In this document: one piece after another, positions 8,673-16,790 of the stretch
Layout of the letters: each line of letters starts with the position of its first letter
How positions within the stretch are numbered: position 1 is the first letter of the stretch
Origin: Opitutales bacterium
Lineage (GTDB): Bacteria > Verrucomicrobiota > Verrucomicrobiia > Opitutales > Coraliomargaritaceae
Assembly (NCBI GenBank): GCA_049606355.1
Contig: JBMYVL010000005.1
Coordinates: 100,806-132,805, forward strand
DNA: 32,000 nucleotides
Reading direction: 5' to 3'
The notes under the pieces: model-generated
The model's input: the letters and a program-made list of their open reading frames with translations, nothing else
What the model was told of the DNA's origin: nothing
Databases searched by the model: none
Translations under genes and position numbers: made by a program

Positions 8673-9344
8673 ATGTTACGTACCATCTTTCGCCGCAGCA
8701 TCGGAGTCATTGGCCTATGCCTTTGCCTGACCGCGCAGGCATCGACACTGACCTGGGATCGTACCGAAGTACGGATGGAATTGCAGCCACACGAAACGGA
8801 AGCGCAAGCGGTCTATACGGTAACCAACAATGGTACGGATCCGCTGCGTATGGACCGTTTGGAAACAAGCTGCGGTTGCACACTCGCCAAGATCGACCGA
8901 AAAATTCTGCGCACCGGTGAGTCTGCTCGCATCACTGCGATTTTCAATAAGGGGAAGCGGCAAGGGAAGAACCACACGACCGTAAAAGTCTACATGGAGG
9001 GGAAATCTGAACCGGTCGCCGTGCTGCACATGGTGGTGCGCATCCCACTATTGGTAGAGGCAACTCCGCGGATACTCTATTGGAAATCCGGAAGCCTTCA
9101 GACCGAACAGCAGATTCGCTTGGCCCTCGATCGCCGCTATATGGATCGCCTGACGGCAGTTGATTATGACCGGCAGCGCCTCACGGTGATTCAAGAGTCG
9201 GATCCGGACGGCAAAGTTGACTTCATCCTGCGTGTCACCCCAAAACGTTTCGACGCCTCATTGCGGGATACCATCGTCATCCATGCCTCGGGACCTGACG
9301 GTCTGCGCGCGGATGCGCGTATTCATGTATTTGTGCAGCCGTAA
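8673..9344 (+). CDS. Secreted DUF1573 domain protein
   Basis: Trimmed to the ATG at 8673, giving the signal peptide MLRTIFRRSIGVIGLCLCLTAQAS. The beta-sandwich-like N-terminal domain carries the DUF1573 hallmark LETSCGCT (CGC at 8871-8879). Confidence 0.75.
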   Translation: MLRTIFRRSIGVIGLCLCLTAQASTLTWDRTEVRMELQPHETEAQAVYTVTNNGTDPLRMDRLETSCGCTLAKIDRKILRTGESARITAIFNKGKRQGKNHTTVKVYMEGKSEPVAVLHMVVRIPLLVEATPRILYWKSGSLQTEQQIRLALDRRYMDRLTAVDYDRQRLTVIQESDPDGKVDFILRVTPKRFDASLRDTIVIHASGPDGLRADARIHVFVQP

Positions 9345-9360
9345 AACAACCGTACGGATA

Positions 9361-10833
9361 TCAAGCAAGATCGTACTGATCGATCCGTTTGCGCAGCGTG
9401 GCACGTGTCATGCCGAGAATTTTCGCAGCCGGGGCTTGCTTCCCTCCAGTCTCCGCCAGAGCGCGAGCAATGAGTGCCCGCTCCGCATGCTCTAGGATGT
9501 TACTGCCCTGCTCCGCGCGCAATTGCTGATATGCCGCGTCGAAGGGCGCTACTGCGGGAGCTCCCAACTCCGTATCCAAGTCGGGCGCAGCTGCAGCTGT
9601 TGCAGTCGACTCCGCCAGAACTGGCAAGTCTCCGACCGAATCAATAACCTCCTGCGGTAAATCCTTGATCAAAATACTATCACCCTGCGCCATCACCGCG
9701 CTGCGATAGATGATATTTTCCAATTCGCGAACATTGCCCGGCCAGCGATACTTCGAAAGTACCTCCAGTGCCTCTGGAGCAATCGACTGGGTCGATGCCT
9801 TGCGATCACTGGCGAGTCGCTTCAGGACAAAATCAATTAACTGCGGTACATCCTCCATGCGCTCGCGCAGGGGCGGCAGCTGAATCCGTACAACATTGAG
9901 TCGATAATAGAGATCTTCACGAAAGGTTTTCTCTGCCACCATCGTTTCCAGTGGCTTGTTGGTCGCCGCCAGCATGCGCACATTGACTTTGATGGTTTCG
10001 CTACTGCCGACCCGCTGAATTTCGCCTTCCTGTAAAGCACGGAGTATTTTGGTCTGCGTCGGCAGCGCCATATCGCCAATCTCATCGAGGAAAATGGTCC
10101 CTCCATCACATTGCTCAAATTTACCAATCCGCTGACCCGTGGCGCCGGTAAAAGCACCCTTTTCATGTCCAAAAAGCTCACTCTCAATTAGATTTTCCGG
10201 GATCGCCGCGCAGTTGACCGCGATGTAGGGCTGTGTGGCCCGCAAACTGTTTTGAAAGACGGCGCGCGCAATCAACTCCTTACCCGTGCCACTTTCACCG
10301 GTAATCATTACGGTCACATCGCTGGCGGCAACTTGGCCGATGGTCTTAAAGACTGCCTGCATCGCGGCAGAGCTACCGATAATGCCGCCTTCGATATCTT
10401 CTTGGCTCACGCTGGGGCCAGCATCGCCCTCCGCATGAGCTTTATCGAGATCCGCGGAAGCGGCTAAGGCGGCCTCTGTCAGCGCGAGGATCTTCTTCAG
10501 ATCGAACGGCTTCATAATATAATCGAAGGCGCCAAACTTCATGGCCTCAATCGTCGTCTGCGTGGTGCCATAGGCCGTCATCAAAATGATCATCGCATTC
10601 GGATTAATCCCGCGCAGATGCTGGAGCGCTTCGATTCCGCTCATTCCCCCCATGCGATTATCCAACAGGATCACTTGCGGATTGTACTGCTCCGCGGCCG
10701 TCAGGCCCTCCTCGCCGCTCGCGGCTTCGACGACCGTGTAGTTGCGGGCAGACAGGATACGTTTGAGCGAGTAGCGCAAGTCATCGTCATCATCGATCAC
10801 GAGCACGATGGGTTGAGTAGCTTTACTTGGCAT
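9361..10833 (-). CDS. Sigma-54-dependent response regulator (NtrC family: REC + AAA+ + Fis-type HTH)
   Basis: 490 aa. The REC domain (VLVIDDDDD..., [13 protein letters not shown] in IMKPF) is followed by a Walker A site GESGTGKE. The sigma-54 contact loop is EKGAFTGA. Also present are [21 protein letters not shown] and a C-terminal [19 protein letters not shown]. Confidence 0.92.
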   Translation of the reverse strand: MPSKATQPIVLVIDDDDDLRYSLKRILSARNYTVVEAASGEEGLTAAEQYNPQVILLDNRMGGMSGIEALQHLRGINPNAMIILMTAYGTTQTTIEAMKFGAFDYIMKPFDLKKILALTEAALAASADLDKAHAEGDAGPSVSQEDIEGGIIGSSAAMQAVFKTIGQVAASDVTVMITGESGTGKELIARAVFQNSLRATQPYIAVNCAAIPENLIESELFGHEKGAFTGATGQRIGKFEQCDGGTIFLDEIGDMALPTQTKILRALQEGEIQRVGSSETIKVNVRMLAATNKPLETMVAEKTFREDLYYRLNVVRIQLPPLRERMEDVPQLIDFVLKRLASDRKASTQSIAPEALEVLSKYRWPGNVRELENIIYRSAVMAQGDSILIKDLPQEVIDSVGDLPVLAESTATAAAAPDLDTELGAPAVAPFDAAYQQLRAEQGSNILEHAERALIARALAETGGKQAPAAKILGMTRATLRKRIDQYDLA

Positions 10834-10952
10834 GCAGTTACGGTTCAGGTGTTGGGCGTGGAGACGGACTATTCATTTGGCAGAAAGCTATCCCAAGAGC
10901 AGCTTCCGTACCGTATGCCCCAGCAAAGCTCGGGCGTGCCGCCTTCGCAAGT

Positions 10953-11459
10953 CTACAGCGCGCGATATTTTGCCCACAGGTGGGCAAAGGACCAGGCAAA
11001 ATCCCGAGGGCGCTCCGCCAACCAGGCATCCAAGGCAGGTAGATCCACCCAACGCCCCTCGCTGATTTCATCTGGGTCCAAGACAAAGGGTCCTTCGGCA
11101 CAGCAACGGTACACCCACACAAACTCCTGCCCCGTTTGTAGGCAGGCAGGCTCCTTAAAGACCGGAATCAATTCGGATTGCGGCACTAGCCCGATTTCCT
11201 CGCCGAGTTCACGCAGTGCCGCCGCCGCATAGCTTTCGCCATGATCCACGTGGCCGGAGCAAGAGCTCACCCACTTTCCGGGGGCAGTATCCTTTTGCAG
11301 TGAGCGACGCTGCAAAAAAAGCTGCCCCGCCGCATTGAAGACAAATATGTGCACGGCGCGATGAAGCAGGCCCTCGCGGTGAACCACGCTGCGCGCCTCG
11401 CTGCGGATGACCACATCGTTGGCATCGACCACATCAAAAAGTTCATCCGCGGGGTTCAT
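10953..11459 (-). CDS. NUDIX hydrolase (IDI/YfcD-like subgroup)
   Basis: 168 aa. The Nudix box is [23 protein letters not shown] (GX5EX7REUXEEXGU). The preceding [31 protein letters not shown] is typical of the IDI-like Nudix clade. Confidence 0.8.
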   Translation of the reverse strand: MNPADELFDVVDANDVVIRSEARSVVHREGLLHRAVHIFVFNAAGQLFLQRRSLQKDTAPGKWVSSCSGHVDHGESYAAAALRELGEEIGLVPQSELIPVFKEPACLQTGQEFVWVYRCCAEGPFVLDPDEISEGRWVDLPALDAWLAERPRDFAWSFAHLWAKYRAL

Positions 11460-11593
11460 AAGAGGAAAGACGGGGCAAGCGAAGTAAAGTCATGCCACTT
11501 TGTCAGTGTCACGCACTGCTTTGTTCAATAAATCCGCGCGACAGCCCAAAATTTCATCCACACCACTCCCCTGCAGGCTGAGGCCGCCGCTCA

Positions 11594-12574
11594 TTAGCGA
11601 ATCAAATCCTTAAAATCCTCAAACTGGCCGGTAAATCCACCCGGGACTCCCTTATGAATGACGGCGACGGCGTCATGCGAGTGCAGCGACTCTAAATGAG
11701 CACAGGCAACCTGAAAGTCAGCGATGCGCGACTCCGCAGCGAGTTGCTCGTACAGTAAGCGCGCTGCGTCTTCGACGAATTTGGTGAACGCCCCATTCAG
11801 TTCCGCAAAGGCCTGCTCATCCTCACGCTTCACCATTACCTGCGTCTCGGTCTTGAGCGCCTCTAAGCAGAGTTGCTGCAGCGCCTCAATGCTCAGATGC
11901 TGCCCCTCAGCCACTTCCACACTGACACGTGCGGTACTGCGCTGCGAATGCGGGATGCCGTAAATATTGCGACTATCGCGTGCATGCTCGGACAGTTCCG
12001 ACGAGCACGGACAAGCAGAGGAGTAGATGAAGTCGAAATGGATGTATTTCCGAAAACGGTCGAGCTCGTCGACCTTACCTTCAAACGCACTGCGGTAGTA
12101 CTGCCAGCCCTCGAGCCCGCTGCGCAAACTGGACTTGAGGATCGGATATTCAAACTCCAGCTTGAGTTGCGCACGATGGGCGCGAATCTCCCGCTTGTAC
12201 GCCTCGAGAATCGCCTGCAGTAGATCCGGCGTAAATATACGCTCTTGGAACTCATAAAAGACCCGCATGATGCGCGACATATTGATGCCCTTCTGGTCCG
12301 CCTCTAATGAGACGGTACCCGTCACCGAGGTTTCCAATGTGTGCGTATCCGAGCTCGGTGTGATGTAACGCAGCGGTAAACGAAAGTTGGAAATCCCGAC
12401 CTTCAAAATCGGCACATTCGCCCCAAAAATCTCGCGCGCATCTGCATTCTGCATATCCGGCAAACTGGCACGATACGCATCGGTCAAGACGAACTCGTCG
12501 TCATAGACTTTATTGGGCTGCGCACCATGGCGAGCGGGCGCCTGTTGCGCTGCACTGTCCTGATTATTTTTCAT
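11594..12574 (-). CDS. folE2: GTP cyclohydrolase I type 2 (GCYH-IB, FolE2/MptA family)
   Basis: 326 aa. LPDMQN near the N-terminus, [24 protein letters not shown] (KGxHMSRF-like) and the [12 protein letters not shown] cysteine motif match FolE2 landmarks. Confidence 0.75.
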   Translation of the reverse strand: MKNNQDSAAQQAPARHGAQPNKVYDDEFVLTDAYRASLPDMQNADAREIFGANVPILKVGISNFRLPLRYITPSSDTHTLETSVTGTVSLEADQKGINMSRIMRVFYEFQERIFTPDLLQAILEAYKREIRAHRAQLKLEFEYPILKSSLRSGLEGWQYYRSAFEGKVDELDRFRKYIHFDFIYSSACPCSSELSEHARDSRNIYGIPHSQRSTARVSVEVAEGQHLSIEALQQLCLEALKTETQVMVKREDEQAFAELNGAFTKFVEDAARLLYEQLAAESRIADFQVACAHLESLHSHDAVAVIHKGVPGGFTGQFEDFKDLIR

Positions 12575-12668
12575 TGAAATTGTGAAACCCCACGGAGCTA
12601 GAGATGTACCTGGCAGACCTTGACCAAGAACGGCGCCAACTGCAAGTACCTGCTGCGATTGTGGAGCG

Positions 12669-12687
12669 TAGCAAGAAAATCATTATC
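12669..12687. promoter_or_regulatory. Fur-family (Fur/Zur-like) box candidate in the folE2 / MBL divergent intergenic region
   Basis: tagcaagaaaatcattatc matches 14 of 19 positions of the classical GATAATGATAATCATTATC box, and the right-hand 11 nt (AATCATTATC plus the preceding A) match perfectly. It lies about 95 nt upstream of the folE2 ATG and about 66 nt upstream of the MBL ATG. Confidence 0.25.
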
Positions 12688-12752
12688 CGCGCAGACGCAA
12701 GCGTGTAAAAATGCTTTGCGAGCGAGCGCTTCGCCACTCAACCTGCTGCAAA

Positions 12753-13538
12753 ATGTCAGCTGATTTTAAGATCTTAGGTTCCAGTAGCAGTGGCAACTGC
12801 GCCCTACTTCGCACCGGACAGACACGAGTCTTGATTGATGCCGGTTTCTCGGGGAAGCGTATTGGCGCGATGCTCGAAGCGGTCGACGAGCGCATTGAAG
12901 CGATCGATGCCGTCTTCTTAACCCATGAACACAGTGACCATGCACAAGGCATTCGCGGATTGGCGCGCTTCGCCGACCTGCCGATCTTTGCCAATCGCGA
13001 CACGGCCGATGCGGTCCAAGCCAAACTCAGCAAACGCCCGAATTGGCAAATCTTCGAAACCGGCAGCGCGTTTCGCTTTCGCGACATGGAGATACGCTCA
13101 TTTGCGCTCCCCCATGACGCCTATGATCCCGTCGGCTACACCTTCCACTGGGGGGAAGACGGCGACCTCATCTCCCCGCGGCAAAGCCTCGCCTGGGTCA
13201 CCGACCTCGGCTACATGCCTGCGCACGTGCGCGAACACATTCGCGGGGTTGAAACACTGGTCATTGAGGCCAATTACGATGAAGCGCTGCTGGAGCAAGA
13301 CACCAAGCGCCCGTGGTCAACCAAGCAGCGCATACGCGGACGGCACGGCCACCTTTCCAATACAGCCGCCTTTGAGGCAATCAACAGCTTGAACGGCGAT
13401 TCCCAGCTGCGCGAAGTGTACCTGGCTCATTTGAGTCGCGACTGTAACACCGTGGAGCGTGTGCGCGCGACTTTTGCAGGGCTGCACGCAGCCAATCGTT
13501 TCGCCATAAATGTTATCGACCCGGCCGCCAGTAACTGA
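12753..13538 (+). CDS. MBL-fold metallo-hydrolase (YycJ/PhnP-like)
   Basis: Trimmed to the ATG at 12753 ([19 protein letters not shown]...). The metal-binding motif is [12 protein letters not shown], followed by later conserved D/H residues (VTDLGY, HLS). Confidence 0.8.
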   Translation: MSADFKILGSSSSGNCALLRTGQTRVLIDAGFSGKRIGAMLEAVDERIEAIDAVFLTHEHSDHAQGIRGLARFADLPIFANRDTADAVQAKLSKRPNWQIFETGSAFRFRDMEIRSFALPHDAYDPVGYTFHWGEDGDLISPRQSLAWVTDLGYMPAHVREHIRGVETLVIEANYDEALLEQDTKRPWSTKQRIRGRHGHLSNTAAFEAINSLNGDSQLREVYLAHLSRDCNTVERVRATFAGLHAANRFAINVIDPAASN

Positions 13539-13566
13539 CCTGATAACACTCTTATTTAGACAAACC

Positions 13567-14991
13567 ATGGATATCGGATATCGTAAAACAAAGATTATTT
13601 TCACCGTCGGTCCTGCGACGATGGAGGAAGCGGTGCTGGAGCGCCTGATTGAAACGGGCGTAGACATCTGCCGCATTAACATGGCACATGCGGATCATGA
13701 GTGGACCCGTGAAATTATCCGCCGGGTGCGGCGCGTGGGTGAAAAGTGTGGTCGTCAGATTGCCATTCTAATGGATGTTAAAGGTCCGGAAATTCGCACG
13801 GGCGACGTTCCTGAAACCTACGCACTTGAAGTCGGCGAACGCCTCGACTTCACCTACGGGAGCGGGATCGGCAGTACCGGCGCGGATGGTGTGCGCCGCG
13901 TCGACGTCAACTACCCGGGACTCATGCAAGATATCAAGGTCGGCGACACCGTGCTGGTCGACAGTGGCTTGATTCGCCTCAAAGTGCTCGAAATTGAAGA
14001 CGCCCGCGTGCGTACCGAAGTGATCATCCCGGGGCCACTGGGTAATCGCCGCCATATTAACCTGCCCGGCGTGCGCGTGAATTTGCCGGCGCTGACCGAG
14101 AAAGACCAAGCCGATGTGGATGTCGGCATCGAAGCTGAGATTGACTTCTTTGCACTGTCCTTTGTGCGCGAACCGAACGATCTCGACATCTTCCATCAGT
14201 ACCTTGAGGAACGCGGCTCCAGCGCGAAAATCATTGCCAAAATTGAAGACCAGCAAGCGATCAGCAACCTGGAAGGCATTATTAAAGCTTCGGATGGCCT
14301 AATGGTTGCGCGAGGCGATCTGGGTATCGAGTGCCCCTTTGAGGATCTGCCGCTCATTCAGAGTCGGGCAGTCCGAATGTGTATCCAAAACACCAAGCCG
14401 GTGATCGTGGCCACACACATGCTCGAATCGATGATTGAGTCGCCGATTCCCACACGTGCGGAGGTCACCGATATCGCCAATGCGATCCGTGAACAAGCAG
14501 ACTGCGTGATGCTTTCCGGCGAAACCACCGTGGGCAAATATCCGGTCGAATGCGTTGAAGCGATCAATCGCATCGCTCATCGTACTGAGCGGGAGCAGAA
14601 GGAGGTCTTGCGTCAGGATCTGCAGCTCAATCTGCCTCGCTCGATGATGTTGCGCGCGGCCGCACAACTTGCCGCCAACATGCAAGCCACTGCCATCTTG
14701 GTCTTTACGCGGCGCGGCATTTTCTCGCAAAAGCTGTCCTCGCTGCGTCCGCTGGTTCCTATTTACGCGTTCACAGACAATCCGGTACTGTTTCGCCAAA
14801 TGCTTATCATGCGCGGCATCGAACCCTTCTACATGAAATTTGATCATGACCACGAGGCAACCATTCAAGACGCCTTTGCGCGACTGAAGGAGCGCAAATG
14901 GACCAAGCCGGGCGACCCGATCGTGGTGGTCACCAAGCTGTACGCGGGTGAAAAGTTGATCGACAGCACGCAGATTCGTGAGATAGATTGA
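13567..14991 (+). CDS. pyk: Pyruvate kinase
   Basis: Trimmed to the ATG at 13567 ([18 protein letters not shown]). Canonical PK motifs are present: [43 protein letters not shown] and [12 protein letters not shown]. Confidence 0.95.
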   Translation: MDIGYRKTKIIFTVGPATMEEAVLERLIETGVDICRINMAHADHEWTREIIRRVRRVGEKCGRQIAILMDVKGPEIRTGDVPETYALEVGERLDFTYGSGIGSTGADGVRRVDVNYPGLMQDIKVGDTVLVDSGLIRLKVLEIEDARVRTEVIIPGPLGNRRHINLPGVRVNLPALTEKDQADVDVGIEAEIDFFALSFVREPNDLDIFHQYLEERGSSAKIIAKIEDQQAISNLEGIIKASDGLMVARGDLGIECPFEDLPLIQSRAVRMCIQNTKPVIVATHMLESMIESPIPTRAEVTDIANAIREQADCVMLSGETTVGKYPVECVEAINRIAHRTEREQKEVLRQDLQLNLPRSMMLRAAAQLAANMQATAILVFTRRGIFSQKLSSLRPLVPIYAFTDNPVLFRQMLIMRGIEPFYMKFDHDHEATIQDAFARLKERKWTKPGDPIVVVTKLYAGEKLIDSTQIREID

Positions 14992-15015
14992 TTTTACTAT
15001 TTTATTACATCCCCT

Positions 15016-15543
15016 ATGCAAAAATTTAGAGCCCTCCTCCTCCCCCTCGCAATTGTGTTTGGTGCCATCGCTGTCTTTGAGACGGGTGCGCGCTACGGCA
15101 TGACAAACATGCGTGCGTACGCCATCGCCGAGCAGCTCCACAGCCTCACGCAAATTCGCATCACGATTCAAAACGAGGAGCAGGGCACCGCGCAATTACC
15201 CGTGGTCCCGATCGCGCAAATTGATAATCTGATCGCATCCGGTTCCATGCTTCGCGAGATCTGGCACCTTGAGAAAAATGCCAAGCAAGTCTTGGAGAAT
15301 ACTCTGAGCTTTGTGATGCGCGCACGCGGCGCTGAAAATATCATCCAACGATTTGAAGCCGCGCGCGATAGCGAGGGCACGACTGCAGCAAACCAAACAC
15401 AGTTTAATGAGATCATTGCCGCGATTCAATTAGCTCGCACGGAGCTGATCGACAACGCACCGACACCGGTCGCGAGTGAAACGGATGGCGTATTGGCGGA
15501 TGAACCGGCTGCAGAAACATCCGCTGCGAGCGCTGCGGAATAA
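15016..15543 (+). CDS. Hypothetical membrane-anchored or secreted protein
   Basis: 175 aa. N-terminal hydrophobic segment ALLLPLAIVFGAIAVF, a helical middle and an acidic Ala/Glu-rich tail. I recognise no family. Codon usage looks like that of its neighbours. Confidence 0.45.
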   Translation: MQKFRALLLPLAIVFGAIAVFETGARYGMTNMRAYAIAEQLHSLTQIRITIQNEEQGTAQLPVVPIAQIDNLIASGSMLREIWHLEKNAKQVLENTLSFVMRARGAENIIQRFEAARDSEGTTAANQTQFNEIIAAIQLARTELIDNAPTPVASETDGVLADEPAAETSAASAAE

Positions 15544-15549
15544 GGTCAC

Positions 15550-16743
15550 TCAACCGGAGCGGGTAGGCCTGGAGGCGCTACGAAGCCCCTGCCACAAGAG
15601 TCCGCTCAAAGCCATCCACACGATGGCCTGAAAGGAGCTGAGCCAACCAAACAGGCTCAAGCCGACACCTGTAGCTGCAGTCATCAAGCCGCAGGCGAGC
15701 ACCGCTTGCGAAGGTCGGCTTTGAGCGGCGCGCGCCAAGGGGTACAAGGCTCCGGCAAAGCATGCGGCAAGAATCGATTCTAGCCCACGACTGACCGGCG
15801 AATCGAGATGAAGCACGATTCCCAGCGGCAGGCCGCAGAGCACAGCGCGCAGGTAGTACTGCAACCAACGCTGGACCTGCTGCGGCTCAAGCCCGCGAGC
15901 AGAGGGGGACGCTTCGCCCAGTGAGGCACGACTCTGGCACCAACGACCGAAGAGTAACACCGTGAGCAGTGCGGACAAGGGCCACAAGCCCGCTCCTTCG
16001 GCATCGGCGTGAAAGAACGCACGCAACTGCCACCCCGTTAAAAGCACGATACCCAAGGCCACCAATAAATCATAATGCAGGAGACGCGCTTGCAGGGAGC
16101 GCCATGCGGGCACGATAAAATGGCTGCCGCCGACCAGTAGACTCAAGATCGCGAAACAGAGCTCCAGCAGTCGGAACAAGCCGTGCAAAGAAGGGTCGAG
16201 CGAGGTGGTGAACTGTGGTGTGGACAGCAGCAGACCGTTTAGCGCGAATATACCACACAACACCCAGCGCCAAGTTAGGGGCGACCAACGCGCCGTCACC
16301 CCCTCGCGAAACGGCGCCGCGCTGTAGCCGAACGACCGCAATTCCGCGAGGAAGGCGGCTAAATCGAACGCCCGCGGTTGCCACTGCATCCATAGGCTGC
16401 GCCCTTCAAGACTCACGCGTGCCTGCTCTGCCCCCTGCTGTCGTTTAAACAGGTGCTCCACCAGCCACGCGCAGCCCAAGCAACTCAAGCCATCCAAGCG
16501 GAGTTGGCAGCGGCACCCCTGAGCTTCGCTGGTAGCCTGCAACGCTGCAGCCCAGGCGAAGGCAGCGCGATCGACTGCAGCCGCATCGACTGGACGGCCG
16601 GCCTCATCTCGCATCGCGTAAAAGGTCTCAAGGCCTGCCTCGCGAATGCGCTCATAAACCTGCGCGCAGCCTGCACAACAAAACTCAGCTTTCTTAGCGG
16701 TTGCGGCAAAGGTCGTACCGCAATGTTTGCAGATCTGTTTCAT
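15550..16743 (-). CDS. Membrane protein resembling the N-terminal module of a P1B heavy-metal ATPase (Cys-rich metal-binding domain + HMA-like domain + TM helices), with no A/P/N catalytic domains
   Basis: Trimmed to the ATG at 16743 (MKQICKHCGTTF...EFCCAGCAQVYERI), the CxxC...CCxxC pattern of the CcoI/FixI-type N-terminal metal-binding domain. LRLDGLSCLGCAWLVE is HMA-like (GMxCxxC). GGSHFIVPAWRSLQARLLHYDLLVALGIV and LLFGRWCQSR mirror the pre-actuator TM region of Cu/Zn ATPases. I saw no TGE, CPC, DKTGT or GDGxND motifs. Confidence 0.65.
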   Translation of the reverse strand: MKQICKHCGTTFAATAKKAEFCCAGCAQVYERIREAGLETFYAMRDEAGRPVDAAAVDRAAFAWAAALQATSEAQGCRCQLRLDGLSCLGCAWLVEHLFKRQQGAEQARVSLEGRSLWMQWQPRAFDLAAFLAELRSFGYSAAPFREGVTARWSPLTWRWVLCGIFALNGLLLSTPQFTTSLDPSLHGLFRLLELCFAILSLLVGGSHFIVPAWRSLQARLLHYDLLVALGIVLLTGWQLRAFFHADAEGAGLWPLSALLTVLLFGRWCQSRASLGEASPSARGLEPQQVQRWLQYYLRAVLCGLPLGIVLHLDSPVSRGLESILAACFAGALYPLARAAQSRPSQAVLACGLMTAATGVGLSLFGWLSSFQAIVWMALSGLLWQGLRSASRPTRSG

Positions 16744-16790
16744 TGTCTCGCCGGTCCTCGCGCTTGCCGAAGCAAGCCCATCCACTCCGC

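Noticed and set aside
9350-9357. The 8-bp palindrome CCGTACGG occurs in two intergenic gene-end regions: the convergent junction at 9350-9357, and again at 19921-19928 beside the opcA terminator-like hairpin
   Set aside because: There are only two copies of an 8-mer. That is too short to distinguish from chance or from a restriction-type site, and there is no extended flanking similarity.
10618-11232. 204-aa plus-strand ORF bridging the sigma-54 regulator start and the Nudix gene
   Set aside because: It overlaps two well-supported minus-strand genes, has low-complexity Ser/Arg/Ala-rich content and shows no family resemblance.
12624-12639. Near sigma-54 promoter on the minus strand upstream of folE2 (TTGGCGCCGTTCTTGG)
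   Set aside because: The -24 element is good (TGGCGC), but the invariant -12 GC is GG. Mismatch at an invariant position makes function unlikely.
12606-12651. GTACCTG 7-mer repeated 39 nt apart in the folE2 leader, and a search for a THF, folE-motif or preQ1-type riboswitch
   Set aside because: I could not fold the leader into any riboswitch architecture I know. A 7-mer repeated twice is not significant.
14299-15195. 298-aa minus-strand ORF, together with the 162-aa ORF at 13768-14256, overlapping pyk
   Set aside because: Both are entirely antisense to a pyruvate kinase gene with unmistakable motifs. The translations are Arg/His/Gly-rich with no recognisable domain, as is typical of antisense frames in GC-rich DNA.
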